NCBI GenBank assembly: GCA_030704615.1
Contig: CM060732.1
Coordinates: 46,128,001-46,192,000, forward strand
Source of the DNA: Takakia lepidozioides
Taxonomy: Eukaryota; Plantae; Bryophyta
Direction of reading: 5' to 3'
DNA length: 64,000 bases
In this document: positions 24,100 through 35,248 of the stretch, piece after piece
How the letters are laid out: each line of letters begins with the position of its first letter
How positions within the stretch are numbered: the first letter of the stretch is position 1
Made by a program: the position numbers and the translations under genes
Notes under the pieces: model-generated
Databases searched by the model: none
The model's input: only the letters and a program-made list of their open reading frames with translations
Told to the model about the DNA's origin: nothing

Positions 24100-27000
24100 T
24101 ACCCTTCAACTTATTTGCATTGACTCTTCCCAGCATTTCTTTGTTAATGGTTTGTAACATAGCGGTGTTGTTATCATACATCTTTTGTATGACATAAGGT
24201 CATTTCCACGGTGATTTAAGCTTAGAAGCTTGAATCTTTCCTTTCTTCTGCAACCATAGAACCAAATCCCCCGTCTTAAAAGTCTTTAACTTGCCTTCAT
24301 CAAACTGTTCCTTTCGCTTCATCTGAATTCTGGTCATATTATCAGCTGCATCAGCACGTACTTCTTCCACATGGTATAATTCATGTTTCCTGACCTTGAT
24401 GGAGTCTTGCAATTCCATTCTTTTTCCCCACTCCGTTCTCATGGTAGGTAACAGGAATTCCACTGGAAGTAAGGCTTCCATACCATAAACTAATTGGAAT
24501 GGTGTATAATTAGTGGTGACTTTATATGAAGTCCTGTATGACCATAAAGCTGTCAGCAGCTTTGTATCCCAATCCGTTCTGTTTGCATTGACTATCTTAG
24601 CCAAGATAGTACATAGTATTTTGTTGGTAGCCTCTGCCTGCCCATTACCCTGTGGGTAATATGTTGTACTCTTTCTATGCACAATCATAAACTCTTTAGT
24701 CAACAACTCAATGGTTTCATGAAGTGACTTCCTTGATCACTGATAAATTCTAAGGGACAGCCAAATCGTGTAAGTATGTTCTCGTACAGGAACCTTGCTG
24801 TGGACTTGGCTGTGTTGTCCCTCAAAGCTTTAGCTTCCACCCACTTTGTAGTATAATCAGTGGCTGTAATTATGTACCTGTTTCGTGTATTCTTGGATGG
24901 TGGATTAATTGGTCCAACAAAGTCTAGTCCCCATTTCTGAAATGGTTCCGTAGGCATTGTAGGATGCAAGGCCATCCTTCCAGATCTCTGCAAAGGTCCT
25001 AGCCTCTGACATTCATCACACTTCTGACAATACTCATGTACATCTTTGAACAAAGTAGGCCACCAGTATCCTGCGAGTAGTATCTTTCTACTGGTAGTCT
25101 CTTCTCCAAAATGACCTCCAGCCACTCCTTTATGAACTTCCTCCAAGACTTTATTTACTTCATGGTGGTACAAGCATCGTTTTAGTACTCCATCAGGTCC
25201 TAACTTATACATTCTGCTTCCTACCATAGTATAAGGTAAAGCTTTGATAGCAATTCTCTTCCTCTGCTCCTTACCATAACTAGGTGGGCACTGACCATGA
25301 GCAAGGTAGTATCTGATTGGCCACTGCCAATCTAACCATTCATCTGCACTTCCTTGCACCTCCATTACAAATAAACTCGCATCAGGTAACTGATCGTCCA
25401 CTCCTGTGGCGGCCTCTCCTGTTGTTAGTCGTGACAAATGATCTGCCACAAGATGCAAACGGCCAGGCTTGTAAATAACCTCGAACTCAAACTCATGCAA
25501 GATTATTAACCACCTCGCTATCCTTCCACTTATCAAAGGTTTGTTCACCAGATATATCAGAGCCTGGTGATCCACATAAAACATAAACTTTCTTCCCAAT
25601 AGGTAATGCCTGAATTTCTTGACTGCATAAATCATTGCCAATGCTTCTCTTTCCGTTGTGCTATAGTTCCTCTCAGCACTGTTCATCAACCGGCTAGCAT
25701 AGTACACAGGTGAATCTATATTCCCTGTAACATTCTGGGCTAACACCGCACCCAACGCTTCTCCTGATGCATCGCAGTGAACATGAAATACTACATGCCA
25801 GTGAGGGTTAATCAGCACAGGTGTAGTTGTTACTGACAGTGTAAGTTCCTCAAACGCCTGTTGACATTCAGCTGTCCAGGCAAACACTGCATCTTTCTTC
25901 AGAAGCTTGCTCAATGGTGCTGCTATTTGTGCATACCTTTTGACAAATCTTCTGTAATAACTGGTTTGCCCAAGGAATCTTCGTAGACTTTTAACATTCA
26001 CTGGTGGTGGAGAGACTTTAATGGACTCTGTCTTCCTGGGATCCACAAGAAGTCCCTTCTTACACACAATGTGTCCCAGAAGCACCCCTGAGTTCACACA
26101 GAAAGTACACTTCTCTGGATTCAAGCCCAGACCTCTCATCCTGCATCTGGCCAGGCATAACTCCAATTTATGCAAGTGCTCATTCTTAGAGCTGTACACA
26201 CTGAAATCATCCAAAAACACCTGCATGAAATCATCCAGATACTCATGAAAAGATTCACTTATCACTCTCTGAAAGGTCGCTGGTGCATTACAAAGTCCAA
26301 AGGGCATGACTTTGTATGCATAAGCCCCCCAGTCTGTGATGAAAGCTGTTTTCCCTTGGTCTTCTTCTGCCACTTGCACTTGATTATAACCACTGAAGCC
26401 ATCCATGAATGAGTACATCTCATGGCCTGCCACAGTGTCTAATACTGCTTCTGTGAATGGCAAAGGGAAAGGATCTTTCTTCGTACAAGCATTCAGCTTC
26501 TTATAGTTCACACATACTCTTAGTTTGCCATTCTTCTTTGGAACTATAACAATGGGTGACAACCAAGTTGTATACTCTATTGGGTATATAAACTTAGCCT
26601 CAGCCAACTTCTTTATCTCTTCTCCAACCTTCTGTGCGTAGTTGGGATTCATTCTATACCTCGCCTGCTTGATTGGTACTGACCCTGGTTCCAGTTCAAT
26701 CTTATGCTGACAGACTTCAGGTGGTATCCCTTTTAGATCCTCATAGCTCCAAGCAAATACATCTCTGTATTTGATGAACAAGCTTTTAGCTTCTTCGAAG
26801 AATTCCGGCTCCAAATCAGCTCCTACTTTCACCATCCTCGGTTCCTCCTGAGTTCCCACATTTACTTCTCTCACCTGCTCATCAGCTGTGATTGTCCAAC
26901 CAGTCACCACTTCATCCTTTAAGCTCACAGTGGCTGGTTCTTCTAGGATTTCTATCTCTCCCTCCTTTTCTTCATAGAAATGTGGTGGGTAACTGCTGGT

Positions 27001-27768
27001 TTCCTCTTCAATTGGTGTTGCCGACACTACACCACAGCAGATACCTCTTAAACAACTTAGGCTTTCCAGCCGCATCTCCGCAACCTGCTCCCATTCTGGG
27101 TGTGCAGCAAATAGGGTAGCTTCCTGCTCCTCATCCAGTCCTCCTCTCCAGTCATACTCTCTGACTCCTCGAGGTCTTCTTGTAGCAGGTAATCTACTAG
27201 ATTTCTTTGTGGTAATTTGTATCTCGTGCATCCCATTATGCACAGTTAGTAACTGAGAATTCCAGTCATGGAATACCCTGGCCTGTTTCAGCCACGGACG
27301 TCCCAATAATAAGGAGTAAGCCTCCATGACTTCATCCATTTTTAATACAGTTACTGTGATCATAAAGATCATTTTCTGTATCTGTATCTTAACTCCTCTT
27401 ATTAATCCCAATGGCTGCACACTTCTTTGATCTGCCATTGTTACTGTAAATGGGGCTGGTTTCATGTTACTTAGACCAAGCTTCTTCCTTAATTGGTCTG
27501 TCATGATATTTACTCCAGAACCACCATCTATCAGTACATCAGTTAGTTCTGTGCTTCCAATTCTCAATTGGATTACTGGCATAGAATCATCAAAGTCCAT
27601 GACTGGTTCTCGCCCTTCCGGCTTCACATTATAACTGGTCACCTTGCTGTTCAGGTCTGTGTTTCCTGTCTCTTGGGCAATTCGATTGATTGCATGATAC
27701 AGCCTGTGCCTACAATAAGGTGCCACAGCTAATAGCTGTCCAATGGTAATTTTGCTTTGGTCTGACAT
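24100..27768 (-). pseudogene. pol (protease, RT, RNase H, integrase), disabled
   Basis: LIDGGSGVN; MPFGLCNAPATFQR..VFLDD; CDASG; HHCC; DDE. 4-bp deletion near 24718 and GGA>TGA in the GPY motif at 24200-24202 relative to copy A. Confidence 0.95.
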
Positions 27769-30092
27769 ATTACTGCAGCCAAAGTCTCTTCATTACTTTG
27801 CATGTCTGCATTTTTTTTTTTCCTTTCTTCCTCACTCCCTTCTTTTTCTCCATCCGAATCAGAGGAATCTGCCACAGGAATATCAGTACTCTTTTGCATT
27901 TCCCTTATAGTATCTGCCACTTCCTTGTGCAGTTCCTTCTCATCTTTCCAAGTCTCTTCATCTTCAGGCATATCATTGCCACTTCCATTCTCATCTTCTT
28001 CCTCTTCTACTGGAGGTATTAGTTTGGCTTTACTTCTTGTTACTATCATTGTACTTACTTCTGGTACAACACATGGCCTAACCATGTGAGCTGCCACCAC
28101 TGGGCCCTCATTCACAGGAGCTCTCATCTCATTCTGGTGTCTTATCCAGAATGAACAGGCTGCCTTGCGATGTCCTGGCTGATTACAATAGTAACATAGC
28201 TCTTCACCATTGGGTCCTCGCCCTTGGTCTGTTCTTGGATTATTTCTATAATCCTGATTCCCGGGCTGGTAATTCCCCCTTGGATTACCCTGATAGTTGC
28301 CTCTGGAATTTCCTTGGTAATTCCCCCTTGAATTACCTCTCCCTTCCATGCCATTGTTATAACCACCAGACCTACCATAGTGGTCCTGATCATTGTTTCT
28401 TCTTGGCTGGGGCTGCACCTGATGCACCCTTACTTGCCTAGGTTCTCTTGCAGCTGTCCTTCTGTTGTAGTAACAATTCTCAGTAGAATGGTTATCCATT
28501 TTACAGATAGTACAGTGTTTCTCCTTCATGTGGCATTCTGTGGTGGTATGGCCTTCATTCTGGCACTTTGCACACCATACACCCTTCCTCCAATGTGTTG
28601 CAGCCTCTGTGGCATACTTCTTCAAGATTTCTTCCAATTTTTTTTCATAGTTATCCCTCTTCAACTTTTCCTTTCTCTTACTCTTTCTTTTTAGTTCTTG
28701 CTCTTCTTCTTCATCTGACTCATCCTCAGAGTCCTCATCTTCTTTTTTCTCTCTCCTGAGCATTCCCAATTGCTCAATTCTGTTCGCAGTTTCAAATGCC
28801 TCCTCCACTGTGTTATGGGGTAACATATCCACTTTCTTTTGCAACTCTGGTCTTAATCCACTCACAAACCAAGTCTTCTGTAAACCGGGCGCTGGTACTG
28901 CAGCCAGCTTTTTCATCATCAATTCCATCTTCTCCATATACTCTTCAACAGTTTCATGCTTCTTCTGCTTCAGCTGTTGTAAACTTCCATACACTTCATC
29001 CTCAGTTTTACTTGTCCTGAACCTATTTCGAAATGCTGTATTCAAGCCATTCCAGGTTAGGAAATGATTATCAGGGAATCTTGCATACCATTCACTTGCT
29101 TTCTTGATAAGTGAACAAGGAAACAGTCTCATCTTGGCATCATCGCCATTCTCATTGTTCACTATACACATGTGCTCAAATTGGCTAATGTGTACATCGG
29201 GATCCCCTTTTCCTGAATATATTGGAAAGGGTGGTTTTGCCCGTGTTGGTTGTAACGCCATCTGTGGCCCTACCTTCTGCCCACTGACAGGTGCTGGCAC
29301 CCTTGCTGGTGCTGGTCCTTCTGGACCTGTTGTTTTTGTGGTGGATCTTCCACCAAGTGGTGGCCCTTGAGCACTCCTTGCTTCTGGTCCCACGATATTC
29401 ACAGTATTCCCAGCTTCAGTTGCACTACTTCCCACACTCCCTGTCCCCCCAGAGCCAGATCCAGGCAGCCCGCCTGATCCCCCTGAGCCGACACCTTCGT
29501 TGGCCTGTGATCCAAGTGCTCCACTTGATCCAGGTCCAACGGGTTGGGATGTCCTGGTTGTAGTCTCAACCTCAGCTGTTGGGTCTACTTCTTCATATTC
29601 TTCCTCTTCTAATTTCTTCTCTCTGTTTTCATCCTCCAAGTTCTGCCCTTGGGTTTCTTCTTTACTCATGTAACTCAACTGTAATGGTGTTGGAGAGTCT
29701 GAACTCTCCGTTGGCTCTGCCACATCCTCTTCTCCTTCTTCATCTTCTGCTTCAGAAACTGGAGTTCCTGCTTTTGGTGTTCCATGCCAACTCTTATCAA
29801 AGATTTCTGTCAAGTCTTTTATCCAAGGATGTACCTCAGATCTTTCACCTCGTGATTGATCTTCTTCTTGTACCAATTCCCTTAATCTTTCTTGCAAAGA
29901 AACAGAAGGAGTGGCATCCAACTCTAGTTCTTCCGGTATAGGTGATGCACTTTTTGATCTTGATGGTGTGAGAGGTCCAGATGATTCCCCTATGTCTATT
30001 CCTCTCTCCCAAAGATATGGATAATTAGCTTTCAGATAGCTTTCTCTTTTTGATGAATATCTCTGTCGTCTAGCTTCTCTTTCATCACTCAT
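27729..30092 (-). CDS. gag: gag (capsid domain + three CCHC knuckles)
   Basis: DPDVHISQF..LFPCSL..ASEWY..LKQKKHETVEEY; CAKCQNEGHTTTEC, CTICKMDNHSTENC, CYYCNQPGHRKAAC. Confidence 0.93.
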   Translation of the reverse strand: MSDEREARRQRYSSKRESYLKANYPYLWERGIDIGESSGPLTPSRSKSASPIPEELELDATPSVSLQERLRELVQEEDQSRGERSEVHPWIKDLTEIFDKSWHGTPKAGTPVSEAEDEEGEEDVAEPTESSDSPTPLQLSYMSKEETQGQNLEDENREKKLEEEEYEEVDPTAEVETTTRTSQPVGPGSSGALGSQANEGVGSGGSGGLPGSGSGGTGSVGSSATEAGNTVNIVGPEARSAQGPPLGGRSTTKTTGPEGPAPARVPAPVSGQKVGPQMALQPTRAKPPFPIYSGKGDPDVHISQFEHMCIVNNENGDDAKMRLFPCSLIKKASEWYARFPDNHFLTWNGLNTAFRNRFRTSKTEDEVYGSLQQLKQKKHETVEEYMEKMELMMKKLAAVPAPGLQKTWFVSGLRPELQKKVDMLPHNTVEEAFETANRIEQLGMLRREKKEDEDSEDESDEEEEQELKRKSKRKEKLKRDNYEKKLEEILKKYATEAATHWRKGVWCAKCQNEGHTTTECHMKEKHCTICKMDNHSTENCYYNRRTAAREPRQVRVHQVQPQPRRNNDQDHYGRSGGYNNGMEGRGNSRGNYQGNSRGNYQGNPRGNYQPGNQDYRNNPRTDQGRGPNGEELCYYCNQPGHRKAACSFWIRHQNEMRAPVNEGPVVAAHMVRPCVVPEVSTMIVTRSKAKLIPPVEEEEDENGSGNDMPEDEETWKDEKELHKEVADTIREMQKSTDIPVADSSDSDGEKEGSEEERKKKNADMQSNEETLAAVICQTKAKLPLDSY

Positions 30093-30113
30093 GTCCCATG
30101 TCTTTCATTTCTT

Positions 30114-30809
30114 TTAATGTGGCAATAACCAAAACTCTCTTCTGTAATATCTCTCGTATATGCCTGGGTTTCTTTCAAGCTTCAATGCACCCTTGGCTAT
30201 ACTTGAAGTCTCCGTTACCATATAACCATATGGCAAACAAGTCTGAAAAGCTGTTCTTGGTGTGAGTTTGATCCACAAAATATCCTTTGGAATCCAATTC
30301 TTTACCAGTACAAGCTCTTCATGCATATGAGTATAAACATTCACCTTTCTTTCTTCCCAGCCTTCAAACTCTATTCGTTTAATGGATAGCAATGCTATCA
30401 CATAAACCAATGTTGGTAACCAACGTGCTCTTCCTCTACAGGCTACCTGATAAATCTTTATCACTCCTTTCTCCAGACCCCATTCTGGATCAGCATCATG
30501 CACTCGTTTAAGAATATTTTCTTTACAACCGTCTGGCAATTCCAAGAACCTTTGAAAGAATCGTTTGGACAATCTTTCTTCCTTCGTTCCACAGGGAATT
30601 TGATTCACTTCAAATTCTTTAATGGTCCAACCACCATGATCCCACCAGATGCCTGTCACATCTGGTTGTTCATGTCCCAGGTCCCCAGTATGGTCGCCAA
30701 ATGTCGCGCGGCTTTTACTCACCCATCCCTTCGCTATCCGAGGCGGAAACTCCAAGATAGAAGAGTTGGAAATCTCTAAGTACTCAGCCCGCGCAGAACA
30801 ATCAGTCAT
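30114..30809 (-). CDS. 5' extra ORF (231 aa), starting in the LTR and reading through the PBS; function unknown
   Basis: Open frame from the LTR ATG at 30809 to 30114, ending 21 nt before the gag ATG; single copy in the window. Confidence 0.6.
   Translation of the reverse strand: MTDCSARAEYLEISNSSILEFPPRIAKGWVSKSRATFGDHTGDLGHEQPDVTGIWWDHGGWTIKEFEVNQIPCGTKEERLSKRFFQRFLELPDGCKENILKRVHDADPEWGLEKGVIKIYQVACRGRARWLPTLVYVIALLSIKRIEFEGWEERKVNVYTHMHEELVLVKNWIPKDILWIKLTPRTAFQTCLPYGYMVTETSSIAKGALKLERNPGIYERYYRREFWLLPH
30682..30699 (-). promoter_or_regulatory. Primer binding site, probably tRNA-Arg
   Basis: TGGCGACCATACTGGGGA, 2 nt from the 5' LTR; its complement ..TCCCCAGTATGGTCGCCA resembles plant tRNA-Arg 3' ends. 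Confidence 0.85.
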
Positions 30810-31735
30810 GACCTACAGCTAGTGTATCATGGGGGTGTTTCCTATTTGTTTCCCTTTTCGCATTCATCTTAGCTACCTTACCATTGATAATTAAGTATTA
30901 GTTTGCTTCATCAATCTATCGGTTTTCTTCACTCATCCATTCAATCCACAGCTTCACTCAGATCTCTCTACACAGTGTGATTGTATCGTGTAAGTATCAG
31001 ATTATGATTTATCAGGTATCAGGCCGAAGCCATTATGTCTCTAATCTGCTCTCCAATATCACTACAGCTTTGCATATAACAAGCATCTACTAATCCTCTT
31101 TTCTCCTTCACCGTGCTCTCCATCTCTTGCCTCCGATCTCCGCTCCAGCCTGACTCAGAAGTCCTCCCCCGAATAATGATCATCCTCTTCATTCCCCGTT
31201 TCTCCCTTTTTCCTCCTATCCGCGGTTCTAACCGTTTTCCTCTCTAACCGTCGTCTGTGAACTAACATGTTCCCTTCACAGGTGTTGTTCCCCACAGTCG
31301 TTCCCTATTATCGTGACAGCTGTGTCAAGCGGTGACTGGCTGTGTTTGGCTGTGTCGGGCTGTGACTGGCTGTGTGGCTGTGCCGGGCTGTGACTGGCTG
31401 TGTGGGCTGTGTCTGCTGTGACGACTGTGACGGGCTGTGTGGGCTGTGTCTGCTGTGACGACTGTGTGGGCTGTGTGGGCTGTGACGACTGTGACGGGCT
31501 GTGTGGGCTGTGTCTGCTGTGACGACTGTGTGGGCTGTGTGGGCTGTGACGACTGTGACGGGCTGTGTTGGCTGTGTGGGCTGTGACGACTGTGACGGGC
31601 TGTGTTGGCTGTGTAACCCCCTCTACAGTGCGCTGCTGTCACCCCTAAGGCTCCTGTTGGTCTCAGTCTGTGCAAAAATTAAGGGTACCCTACATATCCC
31701 GTATAAGTGTCTAAGTCCCCTACAGTCCTCTAACA
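30702..31735 (-). repeat. 5' LTR (1034 bp)
   Basis: TG..CA ends; longer CACAGC tract and a ~20-bp deletion relative to the 3' LTR. Confidence 0.96.
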
Positions 31736-32094
31736 ACGACAGGAGTAAAACCAGGACGTATTGAAAAGCACGCCAATGTCTTGCAAAGAAGTACCTCCTC
31801 CTGCGGTGGTGCATCATGATGCTATCACACCATGAAACAAATTTGTACTGATATTAGAACAGACCCCTCCCATAATGAAGGTCATGGACAGAAAAGCAAT
31901 CCAAACAGGCACATTACAATGCATGAAAACAAAACCCATGCAAAACAATCTGTTCAAATTCAAATGCATATAAGACAATGGTGCTGCAGATTCCGAGTTG
32001 TAAATAACAATATTCTCACACCAATGTGCATGGTGAAGAGAACGCCACGGGCTTCAGCTACATGCGTATACATGTGCCTCCAAGAGGAAGAACC

Positions 32095-33790
32095 TTACAA
32101 TATAGATGCTGGAATACAAATGCAGGAGAACATGACCATTCCACGACTTAAATGCGTGCTCATAGATGGAAAAACATATATGACAGAAAAAAGAGGGCGG
32201 TCAGTGCAGGAGAGGATTAGAAGAGGTATTACCATGCATCGGATGAACCATTGACCATACGCTTTACCCATCATACTATTAGCAAATTCCGCGCTCTGTG
32301 CAGCAAAACTTTCTAAAAAGCAGGGATTGTCAGGTGAAGGGAACCCATCAGGCAACAAATTGTAGTCCATGAGGTAGCTGAGACCTGGGCGTGCAACAGG
32401 TGCAGGTTTGGGGGGCACGACAATGTCAGATTTCAGTATCAGAGAAGCTGCCACAAAGGCTTGTTTGGCCTCTTCTTTAGTCGTGGATTGAAGCAAAGCA
32501 GACTTGATCAACTGATCCAGAGTTGGTGCCTCTGTATGTGTCCTCGTTGGTGGGTCTGGCAGCATGGTAGTTTCCTCGTCCATTGCCAAGTCCCCCGCCT
32601 GAAGAGGTACATGGGAGTCCTTAGCTGGTAGCCGCAAATGCCTCCTCCGCTCATTTCTGGCTGAAATTCGTCTTCACCCCCACTGTCCTCCCAGCCCACC
32701 TTCGCCCGCGAGTTTTTGCGCTGCAGATGCCCATGGTCCTTCAGAACAGTCTCCATCAACGCCCTCTGACCGGCTTCAAACACAGGGTACATTTTTAGTT
32801 TAGCCCCACCCTTCCCAACAGTAGCACACCCATTTATCCTGTGAACGTTTGATTTTTTTTTGTCTTTATACACTTGTTTACAGTAGATACTGAACAGCTT
32901 CCTGTTATTATCCCCGGGTTCATTAAGCCTTGCCCTCGTGTGAGCCTCGCAAATCAGTGCTTCCCACTCATCAGTATTCCTCATGGTATACCTGACGCGC
33001 TTCGAGCATGGTGGATTTTTTCACCATTTCGGAAGTACAGGTAGACAGCGTAGACCACTCCTGCCCTGAAGAAGTTGACGTTCATGTTAAGGCACAAACT
33101 GAGAGTGCGAATGGGTACTAACATGGGCCCTCACAACAAAGTATAAGCCATTTCCATTCTGGTCGCCACCATCTCGTATAACCAAAAGAAGCCATGCATT
33201 TGGCACACGAAGAATGCATTGGAGGGAAGAGCAAGACATTGGCAACACGATGCCTATGGGAACACAATGCGACGATGTAAAAAAAATCCACAAAACTCAC
33301 ATTAATCTCTGAACCCTAAAGACAGACTTATGGAGGCCTTCTAGCTTCACCTGCAACACGAGAATGATATAGGTAGATCAACAGAAGCTCCCGAGCATGA
33401 GAAAATGAAAAGGAAGGCGTTTCGGTATACGTACACTTCCTTCCGAATCGTATTGCACAAGATCCAAGCGCTACTTACATGAAAAAAACGGGCGAAGGGT
33501 GTGTAACCAAAGCAAATGAGAAACATGAAACAGGAAAGACCGACGCTGCTGAGAACCTCCTCAAAGCGCTTTCTTGTGGGGCATATCTTTCACTGAACTT
33601 GCCACAACGTCTGCACATGATGTTTCCAGAACACGCACTACGACATCGATAGAGACGGTGGCACGGTTCAAGCGACGTGGTTAAGGAGAGATGTTCCCTT
33701 GCATACGAAGCGTCGCCTTCAGCGTGTCTGTAAGCAGTTGCCAATCACTTCCGCAAAGCACGATCACGTCCTAATCTGTATGCAATTATG
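32095..33790 (-). other. Possible multi-exon gene of unknown function, likely TE-borne
   Basis: Overlapping ORFs 32508-32984 and 32095-32637, plus short exon-like blocks upstream; no recognised domain. Confidence 0.3.
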
Positions 33791-34242
33791 AACAATGCAT
33801 GTATGAGCATGTATGAGCATACATGCGGGACGACACATGCATGTATGACAACCTTCACATATGGATGCATGCATCGTGGTAATACAGTTGAAGTAAAACC
33901 GTTTCATGTATTACGTGGGTGACGGCCTCATAGGGGACGGAGGCCGGGCGGGGGAGACAGGAAGCCCAAACGCGGCGACTGCGGGCCGCGGCGTTGCCGC
34001 CAAGGGGGGTGGGGGGAAGGGGAGGGCCACGTAGGCAGCCCCGCTGATGGCGCATTAAACTCCAGGGCCTCTTCTATTACTTGCCGACAAATTGTGCTGC
34101 ACATGGGGCACCCCACTTAGGTTCATTTGTCAAAATTTAGATTTAATCTGAACCGCTGCTGTTGAAATCTGACATTTTTCCCGGTTTTTGTGGAGGTTAT
34201 AAATAAGAGAACTCAACCAAAGTTAGTTCCTACAAATGTGTA

Positions 34243-34355
34243 GGATAAAGCACCCCTACTTGGTGCCTCACCTGTTCTTGCATTCACCACTTGGGCTAAC
34301 GCCCTCGTGGCAAAATGCTCAAACAGGTGAAGCACCTTGTAGGGGCGCTTTACCC
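34243..34355. repeat. ~34-bp imperfect inverted repeat
   Basis: GGATAAAGCACCCCTACTTGGTGCCTCACCTGTT pairs with AACAGGTGAAGCACCTTGTAGGGGCGCTTTACCC. Confidence 0.8.
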
Positions 34356-35248
34356 GGCATAAAGGAAATTTTAGAAAATTTCCGTTCCCCCTTTGCCATG
34401 TGGCAAGTTTTTTGTTGGCCAGGTCCTTTTTGGGCTGTCTTTGGGGTGCTCTTCGCATCATTGCAGTCCCCGTTTTCTTGTGCTTGTTTCCAGACAGATA
34501 AAGAAACTCTTCTAAACGAAAAAGAAAACACATGTGGAGTGCTGATACAAAATATAACCCACTGTCAGGGTGCGTTACGGTCTGTAACGCAGAATATGGT
34601 TCACACTCAAAATACAAAGGAATTTTTCTGAAAATTCCACGGTATGGTGACAGCATGACATCCTGCCCATGATCCCCATGTTGGGTGAAAGGGGCGGTTA
34701 AGGGCCCTGATACATAACCCCCTTCCTTCAATTAAAAAGGTAATTGAGAAAGGTGAAAGCCAGGCAAGGGAGATTTGCCAATGCAATTCCCCGCAGTCTT
34801 CAGAAATCTCACTACAAATTTCTTTGCTCTATTTGGAATGTTTTCAGAGTTTCCATAGTACCTCCATGGTTCCTTGTTTGTGAAAAGGTGAGATGAAACA
34901 GAATTGTGATTTTCTTTATATTGTTTCAAGTTTAACATGTCAGGTGTCCAGGTGACAGTTTTGAGACATCATTGTGCTGTACAGCTTGATGATTACCATG
35001 CAAGTGACAAATGGCAGGTCTTCCAATTGGAAATTGAACTCGCTCTCCAGACCAAGTGTTTTAGTGTGCGACTTGCTGCTCTGCCATGGGCCTACACCGT
35101 GACCAGAAATTTTGGGAGGGTCCACAACAAGGGTTCACCACTGGTGAATCTGGGTGATCTCCAGCCACCTACTTCCATTTTATAAGACCCATGTGCAGAA
35201 ATCAGTAATAACACACATGGGTAAAATCGAGAAAGTATTTTTGACAAC

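Larger units (their letters stand above)
18384..31735 (-). mobile_element. Full-length non-chromovirus Ty3/Gypsy retrotransposon (13.35 kb, Athila-like pol) with 5' and 3' extra ORFs
   Basis: Two LTRs, PBS, PPT and gag-PR-RT-RH-INT order. No chromodomain or additional RNase H seen; no TSD. Confidence 0.96.

Noticed and set aside
27811-27821. A11 run as the gag-pol -1 slippery site
   Set aside because: The -1 frame hits TAA and TGA before reaching pol, so slipping here cannot produce Gag-Pol.
34690-34730. Possible far terminus of the P-like element (GGGGCGGTTAA..ATAACCCCCTTCCT)
   Set aside because: Only weak similarity to the 10442 end, no GTGCAC, and the intervening Gypsy lacks a TSD.
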